DNA from: Candidatus Heimdallarchaeota archaeon
GTDB lineage: Archaea > Asgardarchaeota > Heimdallarchaeia > Hodarchaeales > Hodarchaeaceae
Length of the DNA stretch: 64,000 bases
Assembly: GCA_020353515.1 (NCBI GenBank)
Contig: CP070695.1
Location: 2,130,571 to 2,194,570, forward strand
Reading direction: 5' to 3'
Part shown: one piece after another, positions 1 through 10,600 of the stretch
Position numbering within the stretch: position 1 is the stretch's first letter
Layout of the letters: every line of letters starts with the position of its first letter
Translations under genes and position numbers: made by a program
The notes under the pieces: model-generated
What the model saw: the letters and a program-made list of their open reading frames with translations, nothing else
Databases searched by the model: none
Told to the model about the DNA's origin: nothing

Positions 1-336
1 ATCGACAAAGTAACATCGATTATTGTCAATTCTCCCAAAACGATAATCTATTCCAGATCCCAAACTCACAACTATTCCATTGGGATGTTGTTCTATAAAT
101 TGTCTACACATTTGGTCAAACTTTCTCACCCGTATCCCCAGTAATATAGGATCGAAGCTTCGTACAGTTTTTTTTACAATGTTCCAATCAAATTCAATCC
201 GATTATAGAGATCATAAGAAAATTTGTCTTTTAATATCGAATTTTTTGCTTGATAATCGATCGCTTTTAAATACAGCGGTAACAACGCAGTTTTTGAAAC
301 TGAGGGGAATTTTGAGATTTGAATTTTTTGTTCCAT
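1..336 (-). CDS. Class I SAM-dependent methyltransferase, LCM/TcmP-like O-methyltransferase family (runs off the window edge)
   Basis: Not in the ORF track. Manual translation from ATG at 336: MEQKIQISKFPSVSKTALLPLYLKAIDY...ILKDKFS...RVRKFDQMCRQFIEQHPNGIVVSLGSGIDYRFGRID. The T-x-L-x-P-L-Y, R...D and VVxLGxGxDxR motifs fit this family. Confidence 0.8.
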   Translation of the reverse strand, partial: MEQKIQISKFPSVSKTALLPLYLKAIDYQAKNSILKDKFSYDLYNRIEFDWNIVKKTVRSFDPILLGIRVRKFDQMCRQFIEQHPNGIVVSLGSGIDYRFGRIDNNRCYFVD

Positions 337-793
337 ACATGCTGAGGGGCTGATTCGTCTTATAAGTGTTTATTTTGCATATACATTTAATTGCTAATTT
401 TGATTAGCTGTTAACGTTGGATTGGTTATTGTACCTCTATATATTTAGACAAACCTAATAATGTTCTAGGATCCAATCAAGTAGGAAAAATCCTTAATAA
501 ATCAATAAACCATATAAGAAGAAATCCTAAACCAATGATCCTATAAAAATTATAACCAATGTTGTTTTTTTTTCAATTGGCACTTCTTTCTTTTCTTCCT
601 CCATAGCTTTTTTTCGACAGTTTTCAATTACATCTTTTGGAATCATCTTTAATGCAAGATATATACCAATTGAAAAACTACAAACTTGGATCACCATTTA
701 TGAAAAGGAATTATTCAAATTTTTAAAAGATCTTAAGGAAAGATTTTATTCTTTATAACCCCCCCCAAACGAGAAGTAGATAAAGTAAAAAGA

Positions 794-1384
794 TTGCTTA
801 CCATCTTACAAAGTATTATAGAAGAGGGAAAACAACAAAATGAAATTCATAAAAAGACTGGTTATCCTACAGGTCAAATTTCAACTTATATTAAATCATT
901 AATGATTATCAAACCTCGTTTAGTGGATAAAGATAATATAAAAAGGATTTATTATGTTCCTATAGATGATATAGTTAAGGAATATTGTCAGGATGCGGGA
1001 TACTTCTCGGAAATAGAGATTGAAGCATTAATTTCAATGATAAAGTCAAAACGGCCTGTTATCGCTCAAAAGGATCTGTCTAAATTCAAATGGAAAAGAC
1101 CAAGAAACTTACTTGAAAATCCACATCTTTTATTTCTAGAATTAATTAGGTTAGCATTTGGAGTAGAAGAAATAAAAGAAAATCCGCTTTTATATCAGTT
1201 CACATTAAGAGTAAGTTCGCGTGCTACATTAGACATAATAGGAAATATAGCTTTTCGGAAATTCCTCCAAAAAAAAGACCCGAAATTACCAAAAAATCAC
1301 TTTAAAAAGGGTGAACAATTTCTAAAGGATCTTTTTGATAAGACTCTTAGAGAATATAGAGATTGGGATCTTGAAGAAGAATAA
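794..1384 (+). CDS. Hypothetical protein with N-terminal winged-helix-like HTH
   Basis: ILQSIIEEGKQQNEIHKKTGYPTGQISTYIKSL...RLV follows an HTH pattern. Start is uncertain: the frame is open back to about 737. Confidence 0.5.
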   Translation: MLTILQSIIEEGKQQNEIHKKTGYPTGQISTYIKSLMIIKPRLVDKDNIKRIYYVPIDDIVKEYCQDAGYFSEIEIEALISMIKSKRPVIAQKDLSKFKWKRPRNLLENPHLLFLELIRLAFGVEEIKENPLLYQFTLRVSSRATLDIIGNIAFRKFLQKKDPKLPKNHFKKGEQFLKDLFDKTLREYRDWDLEEE

Positions 1385-1804
1385 GATATAGCTCTTCGTA
1401 AAGGTTTTTGTATCCCCCTATATCATCCTATTCGTGGCTTCATAAACATCTTTTTTTGGTGAGGTTTTCGCTCCCTAGTGAGACTACCATCAGGCGTAAT
1501 TTTCGATTTTTTTATTCTTGATGTTAGATTTTTCAATCTTAAAAAGATACGTTCCAAATGTCGCTTTCAATCCTTGTTTAAATATAAAAGAATAGTAAGA
1601 CCACTTGATTTTACCCTGAGAGGAGAGATTCAACCTTCAGAAATCAACAAATCTATAATTGAAGACAGAATGGCTTAAAGATGGCTTAAAAAAATATACC
1701 AATCCATTATTTGACGTCGTTCCATTTTTATCATGTAAAATTTATATATTCCTACTTTATTATCAACGTTTTCATTGGATTACCGAAAAAGGAGTTGATA
1801 AAGA

Positions 1805-1933
1805 ATGAAGAAGGTTAGTCTAAAAACGTTAATATTGATAATTGTCCTCCTCGGATTGATATTGACTCTAAGTGGTTGTGTTGATGATCAGACTGTATTT
1901 GGTGGAGATACTCTAATATCCACGCTTTTCTGA
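1805..1933 (+). CDS. 42-aa putative lipoprotein (lipobox LSG-C)
   Basis: MKKVSLKTLILIIVLLGLILTLSGCVDDQTVFGGDTLISTLF*. AGGAG ribosome-binding site at about 1790 and an AT-rich TTTATATA box at about 1741. Confidence 0.65.
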   Translation: MKKVSLKTLILIIVLLGLILTLSGCVDDQTVFGGDTLISTLF

Positions 1934-2034
1934 AAAAAAGGATCGAGATAATTCTCAATCATCCTGCGATCAAACCCAGATCCATCCCTCAAAAGAGGAA
2001 TCAAGAGTTCATTCCCCTAGAAAAACGAACACAC

Positions 2035-3504
2035 TCAAGTGCTAACTTTTTCATTGAATTGTTCAATTAATTTATCAATTCTGGATGTTAAGAGTTTAAT
2101 AGAATTCCAGTAATTTTCATAATCATGCCACTGCCTGTCCAGTTCCTCAATGGGCTTTCCCTGTTGCTCGATCCAAGTGAAGTATTTGAGGTGATGAATT
2201 CTTTTTCGTTCAATATAGCGTAGTTCAGCCAGACTATCAGTCCTTATTCCGTGTAAAGATCGATGAAAATCTGCTGATGCATCACGTTCATTATACTCTC
2301 CATATTCAGCTCTTAGTTCCTTTACTCTCGACCCATATAATTCCATGGAATCTGTAAAGACTGTTAAAATGACGTCTTTTCGTGTCAGTTCATAATATTT
2401 TGCGAATTTGATTGCCATGAGAACATTTGCAATACTGGATATACCTAAAAGATGTAGCTGACCCACTAACTCTTCTGGGACTCCCTGATCTCGAAGATAT
2501 GCATGTCCAGCTGGTTCATTGAAGAGGCGAACCAGATTCATACAATCACGATCATCTATAGCAATCACCATATCCGTATTTTTGACATTGTGAATCCAGG
2601 GAACATGCTTATCCCCGATACCTTCAATTCGATGATAGCCATAACCATTCAGCAATAAAGTAGGACATTGGGTTGACTCACCTGCAGCGATCTTACTCGA
2701 TGGATAATGTTCTTTAAGAAAATCCCCACACCCAATGGTTCCTGCAGACCCCGTTGTTAAGCAGACACCTCTATAGGTGTCTCCTTTGAGTTCTTTGTCA
2801 AGAACTTCCTTCATTGCATTTCCAGTCACTTCATAATGCCATAAGTGGTTACCAAATTCATCAAATTGATTGAATATGACTATAGCATCGTCTCCCCGTT
2901 CTTTTCGTAACTCCCAACATTTATCAAAGATTTCTTTGACATTAGATTCTCCTCCAGGTGTCTTAATAATTTCTCCACTAACTGTTTGTAACCAATCAAA
3001 TCTTTCACGACTCATTTCTTCGGGGAGAATAGCTATCGAATCACACGCTAAAAGGGAAGAATCAAAAGCGCCGCCTCGGCAGTAATTCCCTGTACTCGGC
3101 CATACTGCTTTCTGGGTTGTAGGATCAAACTGCCCTGTAATAAGGCGTGGTACCAAACAACCGTAAGCAGCACCAACTTTATGAGCTCCTGTTGGAAACC
3201 ATTTTCCCACGAGTGCGATAATCCGTGCTTCGACTCCTGTTAGTTCAGGCGGGAGTTCGATATAATTGGCAATATCTCTAAAACCTCCACCAATTTCTTT
3301 TGGCTCATTTTTCCACGTAATTCTGAAAAGGTTTCGAGGATGAACCTCCCACAAACTTAGATTGCTTAATTCATCTTTAATAGATTTTGATACCAGCTTA
3401 TTAGGATGTTTTTCTTCTTCGAATGTGGGAATGATTATATCTCGTTCTCGGGCTCGTTGAATAGCTCGTTTTAATACTCCTTCATTAATAGATAGATCTA
3501 TCAT
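2035..3504 (-). CDS. Fold-type II PLP-dependent enzyme (cysteine synthase / threonine synthase superfamily)
   Basis: FPTGAHKVGA (PLP lysine), PSTGNY, TTGSAGT phosphate loop, IEGIG and GISS motifs. Confidence 0.85.
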   Translation of the reverse strand: MIDLSINEGVLKRAIQRARERDIIIPTFEEEKHPNKLVSKSIKDELSNLSLWEVHPRNLFRITWKNEPKEIGGGFRDIANYIELPPELTGVEARIIALVGKWFPTGAHKVGAAYGCLVPRLITGQFDPTTQKAVWPSTGNYCRGGAFDSSLLACDSIAILPEEMSRERFDWLQTVSGEIIKTPGGESNVKEIFDKCWELRKERGDDAIVIFNQFDEFGNHLWHYEVTGNAMKEVLDKELKGDTYRGVCLTTGSAGTIGCGDFLKEHYPSSKIAAGESTQCPTLLLNGYGYHRIEGIGDKHVPWIHNVKNTDMVIAIDDRDCMNLVRLFNEPAGHAYLRDQGVPEELVGQLHLLGISSIANVLMAIKFAKYYELTRKDVILTVFTDSMELYGSRVKELRAEYGEYNERDASADFHRSLHGIRTDSLAELRYIERKRIHHLKYFTWIEQQGKPIEELDRQWHDYENYWNSIKLLTSRIDKLIEQFNEKVST

Positions 3505-3567
3505 CGAATTCTACTCCTTAATAACTAGATTTTTAGTAATATTTTCTTTTAGTTTTGGATTGAAAGG

Positions 3568-4260
3568 TTAAGCTTTAATTAGTGAAGATTTACAGGAATT
3601 ACATATCTTTGCAAAAATATTTGATGAATAAGTCATCTTACAAGTTGGGCAAATCAGACCCCATGGTTGTTCTAAAGAAGCATCCCTATAATCAATCCAT
3701 CCTTGTACCACTATCTCCTCATTATTTAAGTATGGGGGAAGCTCAGCGATGTCTATTCCTTTTGTATCTACTGTCTTTAATCGTTTGAATTCCGCGACAG
3801 TAAGTTGGTTCCAAGTTATGATCCAAGTTTGAACCTCTTTAACCGTAGGTGCAACAAGGGTAGTTCTTTTCACTATAAATTTAAGATCTAATATGCGAAT
3901 CTTATCTACAAGGGCTTCTGTTGCAGGAAGGGAATATTGAGTTATCTTCTTCTTTAGAATTTTAGATCTGTGATTTTCTATAAGAATAAAGAAGTTTTCT
4001 TTAACAACTGGATCTATTCTGAGCGAACAATCTTTAGTTTGAATATTTGCAACAAGATCATACTCATTAATGAGGAATTTTTCAATGTTGATCTTAGTAA
4101 ACTCCTCTCGTGGATAATCACGACAGCTATCGACTCGAAATCCCTCTCCTACAGCGGATGATAACACAAAGAACATCCATTTTTTCCAATCTGATTTCAG
4201 CTGTATAACTTGTAAGAGAAACTGGGTCGCAGCGACTAATAAAAATTGTGATTTGTCCAT
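3568..4260 (-). CDS. Hypothetical protein with C-terminal zinc ribbon
   Basis: C-terminal CPTC...CNSC. The ATG at 4260 (MDKSQF) is a more plausible start than the track's 4389. Confidence 0.6.
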   Translation of the reverse strand: MDKSQFLLVAATQFLLQVIQLKSDWKKWMFFVLSSAVGEGFRVDSCRDYPREEFTKINIEKFLINEYDLVANIQTKDCSLRIDPVVKENFFILIENHRSKILKKKITQYSLPATEALVDKIRILDLKFIVKRTTLVAPTVKEVQTWIITWNQLTVAEFKRLKTVDTKGIDIAELPPYLNNEEIVVQGWIDYRDASLEQPWGLICPTCKMTYSSNIFAKICNSCKSSLIKA

Positions 4261-4392
4261 TTTTTTATCAGAATCATTAGAAGTGTCGCGAATAGGCCGT
4301 GAGAAACAAATTTCGATGATATTGTGTGGAAAAACAACAAATACACTGAAAATATCACTCATAACTACATTCCAACAAAAGTGCTTCAAACA

Positions 4393-5736
4393 TTAATCTC
4401 TGTTCGTTGTCTTATCATTTTCAAGAAGTTGGGCTATCTTCTTGACAATTCTGTTGAGAGCTACTTTTTGCTCTGTCCCATCTTTCATTACTCGGAGAGT
4501 AACACTCTTCTCAGATAAATCTCGTTCTCCTAGGATAATAACAAAAGGGATTTGAAGACGATTAGCATAATCTAAATTTTTTGAAAGGTTTCTATTGAGT
4601 AAATCAAATTCAGCACGAATGTTATTTTGACGTAGTTGAGTTGTCAATTTCACAATAGGGTCAAAAGTTTGATTCCCAACAGGTACTAAATAGATATCAG
4701 TCACCGAGGACTTACTAGGCCATCTAGCTGCGACTGCATCATAAATTATATCTAGTCCAAAGGAAATACCAGTAGCAGGATATTGATCTTCTGATCCAAT
4801 GAATTTCCCAATTATCTTGTCATACCGCCCACCACCACATAACGAAGAGTCAATAATCCCTGACTCTTTCAGAAAAGCCTCAAAAACAGTTCCAGTATAG
4901 ATTTCTAGACCTCTTGCAAGACTATACAGTAACTTAACTTCATCTGCTAGATTAAATAGCTGCAAATAATGATAGAGCTGTTTTAATTCAGCAATTCCCT
5001 CTTTACCAATTTCATTGTTAATTCGGGGCTCCAATTGGTCTAATACCTCTAGATATGATCCTTCATAGTTAAAATAACTGTAAATTTCGTCTATGACAGC
5101 TAGAGGTACATTTTTTGATTTTAATTCCTCACGGACTCCATCAATGCCTATTTTTTTCAACTTATCAACAGAAAGAATTGTTGTATTCAAAAGAGGTTCA
5201 GGAACACCTGCAGCAAGTAAAATACCTGTTAATAATTTTCGATTATTTACTTCTAGATATACCTCCAATCCCATTCTCGTAAAAAGATGATGGGCTAGGG
5301 CTAAACATTCCGCATCCGCTAGAGTTGAGGCCACTCCAATAATATCAGCATCACATTGAATAAACTCTCGGTAACGCCCTTTTTTGATAGGGCCATCCCG
5401 AAAACAGGGGCCAATTTCGTATCGTTTGAATGGTTTTCTCAATCTTGGATTCATCCCTACTAGTCTTGATAATGGTACAGAGAGATCATATCTTAACCCT
5501 AGGTCACGATTTCCTTGATCTGTCAATCGGTACGTCTCTTTCAAAATTTCAGCCCCTCCTGCATATTTTGATGAGAGAATATCCCACATCTCAAGAATTG
5601 GAGTAGTTAAAGGCCTGAATCCATATAACTGAAAAACTTCCTTAATGATTTCTAATATCTTCTCACGTAACACCTGTTCCTCTGGAAGATGATCATTTGT
5701 TCCTTTTAAAAGAGAGAGTTCAACCATCCTAATCAC
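4393..5736 (-). CDS. hisS: Histidyl-tRNA synthetase
   Basis: KGTND, GLRYDLSVP, FRDGPIKKGRYREFIQCDADI, LARGLEIYTG, GGGRYD motifs and a C-terminal anticodon-binding domain. Confidence 0.97.
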   Translation of the reverse strand: MIRMVELSLLKGTNDHLPEEQVLREKILEIIKEVFQLYGFRPLTTPILEMWDILSSKYAGGAEILKETYRLTDQGNRDLGLRYDLSVPLSRLVGMNPRLRKPFKRYEIGPCFRDGPIKKGRYREFIQCDADIIGVASTLADAECLALAHHLFTRMGLEVYLEVNNRKLLTGILLAAGVPEPLLNTTILSVDKLKKIGIDGVREELKSKNVPLAVIDEIYSYFNYEGSYLEVLDQLEPRINNEIGKEGIAELKQLYHYLQLFNLADEVKLLYSLARGLEIYTGTVFEAFLKESGIIDSSLCGGGRYDKIIGKFIGSEDQYPATGISFGLDIIYDAVAARWPSKSSVTDIYLVPVGNQTFDPIVKLTTQLRQNNIRAEFDLLNRNLSKNLDYANRLQIPFVIILGERDLSEKSVTLRVMKDGTEQKVALNRIVKKIAQLLENDKTTNRD

Positions 5737-7181
5737 TATATCCTAGTTTGATATAACTTAAAATAAGCATCTGCCGAATTTTGCCAAGAGAAATCTTGAA
5801 GCATCCCTCTTAGCATTATTTGTTCCCATTCATGCTCAATCTGGAAAATCTTGAGTGACTTATCAATAGCAGATATAAAATGGGATTCATCATATGTTTT
5901 GAATAGAAAACCAGTTCCCCTATTGGCATCAGTAGAATAATCGATTATACTATCTGCCAATCCTCCTGTATTAAATGCAACAGGTATCGTGCCATATCTC
6001 AAACTATACTTATCATTTAAGCCACAGGGTTCATAGCGAGAAGGCATAAGAAAAATATCTGCTCCAGCTTCGATCTGATGAGCTAGATGATCGTTATATG
6101 TTAATGCAATACCTACTTTTGATGGATACTTCTTACTCAGTTCATTGAACTGCTGTTCGAGTTTTGGATCCCCTGTACCAAGAAGCACAAACTGGATTTT
6201 GTTCTGATCCAATAATTTTGGAACCACCTTGAGTACCAGTTCCATTCCTTTTTGCCATGCTAATCTTGAAACAACACTAAGAATTGGGATTGTAGGATTT
6301 TCAGTTAGTAGGAAATGTTGTTGAAGAGCAGTTTTACATATCGCTTTTCCACTCAGATCATCAATCGAGTAGTTAGAGGGAATATAGCGATCTGTTTCAG
6401 GATTCCAAATATTATAATCAACACCGTTAAGAATACCGGAGATTTTTGACCTATTTTGTTTTAGTAATTTTTCTAATCCGACTCCGTATTCCTTTGTTTG
6501 AATTTCTTGAGCATAAGTTGGACTTACTGTAGTTATAATGTCTGAGAACAGAATTCCTGCTTTCATTAGGATGAACTTACCCCAGTACTCTAAAGAATCA
6601 AAATATGAAGAATCTATTCCTAAAATATGAAAGTGCGAACGACTAAATTTACCCTGATAAGCCAGATTATGGATTGTATAAATTCTGAAAGGGGAATTTT
6701 TCTGGAAAAAATCTGAAATCTCTGCATAAAGGCCAATCAAAGCAGTTTGCCAGTCATGCATATGGAAAATGTCATAGGATCCAGAAGATGACAGATGTTT
6801 AATTACTTCTAATGAACCACGACAGAAAAAGGTGAAACGTGCAAGATTGTCGTGATAATCGTACCCATCCTTTATGTATAATTGTGAACGTCGCCTAAAA
6901 AAGTGATAATTGTCAATAAAATATATTGTTAAATTCTGTAAATCAGTTATTAACTTGAAGACGGCACCATTATATTTGCGGGAACCTATTTTTAGATTGA
7001 AATTAATGTTCAGTTTTTTTAATGGCAACTTCAAGCGTTCTATTTCCCGATAGTATGGGATGAAAACATCGATTTGATTACATTTCTCAGCCAGTGCTCG
7101 AGGGAGAGACCCTATTACATCAGCTAAACCCCCTGTTTTAATATAGGGCACCATTTCACTTGCAAACATTGCAACTCTCAT
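5736..7181 (-). CDS. glgA: Glycogen synthase (GT5)
   Basis: EMVPYIKTGGLADV, HMHDWQT, TIHNLAYQG, SRLAWQKG, PSRYEPCGL. Confidence 0.95.
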   Translation of the reverse strand: MRVAMFASEMVPYIKTGGLADVIGSLPRALAEKCNQIDVFIPYYREIERLKLPLKKLNINFNLKIGSRKYNGAVFKLITDLQNLTIYFIDNYHFFRRRSQLYIKDGYDYHDNLARFTFFCRGSLEVIKHLSSSGSYDIFHMHDWQTALIGLYAEISDFFQKNSPFRIYTIHNLAYQGKFSRSHFHILGIDSSYFDSLEYWGKFILMKAGILFSDIITTVSPTYAQEIQTKEYGVGLEKLLKQNRSKISGILNGVDYNIWNPETDRYIPSNYSIDDLSGKAICKTALQQHFLLTENPTIPILSVVSRLAWQKGMELVLKVVPKLLDQNKIQFVLLGTGDPKLEQQFNELSKKYPSKVGIALTYNDHLAHQIEAGADIFLMPSRYEPCGLNDKYSLRYGTIPVAFNTGGLADSIIDYSTDANRGTGFLFKTYDESHFISAIDKSLKIFQIEHEWEQIMLRGMLQDFSWQNSADAYFKLYQTRI

Positions 7182-7620
7182 TCTCTGATCCTCAAATTCT
7201 CAAGCAAATTCTTATAGAAGGCATTTAAGGCTAATTTATGATGCACACTCACTAGAAGCGTTCATTGCTTTCTCTGTTATGACATTTGGTTTCATTCATT
7301 CACTATTAAATTTAAATATTTTCTTCGTAGTATTAAGTTAAGAAAATCATGATAAACAAGCTCATTGACATAATTTGAATCTTATCAGAAGAATTTTCGC
7401 TGTTCCATCAAAATATGAAAGATTAATAATGTAAGAGGAAAAAGTAATAGAAAAACTCTTTTTAAAAATGATTAAGAAAATGATTTAAAGATAGCATTGA
7501 ATTATACCTTGAAGTTTTTCATCAAAGTGAGACTAAATGTGACAGATCATTATCTGATTTGGAAAAATAAACTTATAAACCATCTTTAAAATAGAGTAGA
7601 GTTTGTAAGGCGGGAAAGAC

Positions 7621-10600
7621 GTGAAAGAGTCAGATTTACAAAACAAAGTAAAAGAATTAGAAAAACTAGAGAAGAAAAAAAAGTGGGATAGTGTCATTAA
7701 ACTAGCTATTGAATTAGCTGAATACTATCTTGATAAGAAAGATTTCCCGTCAAGCTTACAATATTTTGAAAAGGCGATATCAGCTCAAGAAAAGGGGAAA
7801 GAGGCAGAAAAAGTCATTGTTCTTTATCGAAAGATTATAGGAGCTGCCAGGAAAGGGAGAACCAAAACAAGGAAAGAACTTTTTCGTTATGCTGCTGCTG
7901 CAACCCCATTGATCGAGGAATATATTCAAGTCTTAAAAGAAAGTAATCGCTATATTTCTAAACATGGTGCGATGACTAGATACTTTCTTGGGGAATGTCG
8001 GGAAATTGTTTCTGGTATTACTCAAAGAAATGATGAATTTGTTCAAGCAGGTCAAATTTTCCTAGAGGTTGGTCAAAAATTTTCTTCTACGAAGAAAACA
8101 GAAGAAAAATCAGACGAAGCATTTGAAAGAGCTCGTGCAATTTTTAATCTAATTAATAATAAAGAAGAGACATTTGAAGCCTTTCTTTTAGAGGCTGAAA
8201 TAAACATTCAGAAATATCGTTTTGAGCGGGGATTTTTATTATTTGATGATGCACGAGGTTTATTTGATGATGATGAACATCAAGAAATGGTTGTAAATAG
8301 AGAAAAAGTAGTTTATGCCGAAATGGGATTAAAACTCGTAACTAATTACTTTTCTGATTCAGAACGGCACAAAATCGCAATGATGTTAATTTCAAAAGCC
8401 AGGGAAGCCCATTTATTAGCAAAATCCCTCGATCAAGTCCCTGAAATGCTTTTTGAAATAGGTAGGATACACATTGAGAATGGAAAGCTTGAGAATGGAT
8501 TCAATTTCTTAGATGAAGCAAGAACAAATTCCCAACTGGTTAATGATGAAACCACACCAAAAAAAATTATAGATTACCTTTTTCATGAAGGAAAAAAACA
8601 AGTAGATAATCTTAGTAGACCTTTAAAGATAAAAAAATTAGAGAATCTCAGTAATCTTCCATTTACTCCATATTTTGATAAAATGGAAGAGATTTGTAAA
8701 GAATTAAATCTGGGTCAAGAAGTAGAAGAAGTTGCCTTGTATATATGGCAATTAGGATTAGATTTATTAGAGCAAAGGGATATTTCTGATGATTTCCCTT
8801 TTATTGAGAAAGCAATAACCTATTTACTTAATAATAACCGTATCAATGGAATTCATATTATTGGGGATGAATTGGAAAAACGTTTAGAACAATTAGCTGC
8901 AAAAAGGCAACTAGATAAATTTCAAAACTTAAAAACATTTTTAGTAGACTGTTACACCCGAATTGATGATAATCAATCTGCTGGTTTTCTAACTGTGAAA
9001 GTAGGACAAACTTATGCATCATGGGGGAACTACGAAAAGCAGGTTGCCAGTTTAAGGGAAGCATCATCTCTTTTCCAAAATTCTGACCACGGTTCAATAA
9101 AAAAATTCAGTGAGGTTCTTGAAGAACAGTTTACACGTCTGGAAGCATATGTTCCTGACTCGATCTTCGACGAAGTATTATTCTTACTTGGTAATACATA
9201 CTTACAAGTTGGAGATGACGATAAATATGATTCTTTATTTGCTAGTACTGCTCATAATGCTTTAGAAAAGAATGAATTTACTAAAGCAATGCAGTTTCAT
9301 CAACAAGATTTTGATTTTCTTGTAAGAACAAAAAATTACTCTCGCGCGTTAGCACGTGTTGAAGAGTTTTCCACAGCACTTTATTCACGAGGAAAATATC
9401 AATTAGCAAACAATCTCAGAGTAAAACAAATAAAATTGATGATTGACACGAATGCTTCTCAAGAACAGGTGTTACAAACAATAAAAAACCTAGAGGATCA
9501 GATTGAGGAAGGACTAACTCAAAAAATTGATATTACATCTGTGAACGACCTTTTTAGCAGTATTTTAAATTTATATGACTATTTAGGGGTGAAAGAAGCA
9601 CTTGGAGATGCATTATTTGAAATGGCAGTTCGATTATTCGAATTTGAATATTTCGATCCAGGATTTGAATATCTGAACCGAGCTTATGAAAAGGTCAAAG
9701 AGGAGAATGCAATTGAAAAATATGGCCTCTTACTTGATTTTGCTTTTGAGAAAAAGAATTTTTATCAAGATCTTGTCGATCTAGACACTTCAGATCGGTT
9801 TTTAGATTTTCTAATTTTAGTTCTCAGAGAATTAAATCAAATCAAGGAAGCTGCTGAGTTAATAATGACTCGTGCTGTTCGGTTTGTTCTAACAGATGAA
9901 AACAAAGCCTGGGAACAGTTCGAACAGGCAAAAGAATTGATATCCCAGACAGAATCCCCAAATGAGGTTTTATACTTCTATCAAGATTTTGGATCAGCAC
10001 TTTTAAAGGCTGGAAAAATTGACGAGGGAATGGAAACTCTTGCAAAGGCTGAGGGTTCTACTTCGACGAATTCTCTGGCCATTGCAGATACATGTTTAAC
10101 TGTAGCAAAAGATAGATTTACAGTACAGGATTATGACACTTACTTCATTCTTGTAGATCGGGCTTTATCAATTTATACTGACTTAGAGATGTTTCAGGAA
10201 TCATCATCTATTGCCCTCGCTGAAGCTCGAAAATTATGGAGTGTTGACAATCTACCTTATACAATGATATATTTAGAACGAGCGTGGGCACCTTTAGCAA
10301 TGACTTATGATGAGAAGTTAGAACAGTCAATTCAACCTGTACTACAAACATCAGAAGAGTTTGTCAACGCTCTCTTTGGACAGAAAAAATACGACGAAGC
10401 AAAAAATTTTCTCGAGTTTCAAGAGCGAATTTACAAGCAATTGAATCTCACGGATAAAATTTTAGAGGTAGAAAGGAAAAAAATTGATGCACTGATTGGA
10501 AGGGGAAATATTGACGGAGCACTTTCGCAAGCTCTTGATATGGCTACAATTGGTATTGAGGAATTAAAATTCAAAGAAACTGCAGCTCTCTTAAAGGATT

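Noticed and set aside
477-793. Short ORFs or a frameshifted 5' extension of the wHTH gene near the T9 and C8 homopolymers
   Set aside because: Protein-like fragments exist on both strands, but none has a convincing start and continuous frame; this cannot be supported without reads or homologs.
1478-1690. 66-aa ORF and the short direct repeat ATGGCTTAAA x2
   Set aside because: No recognisable motif; a single 10-11 bp duplication is not evidence of a mobile element or array.
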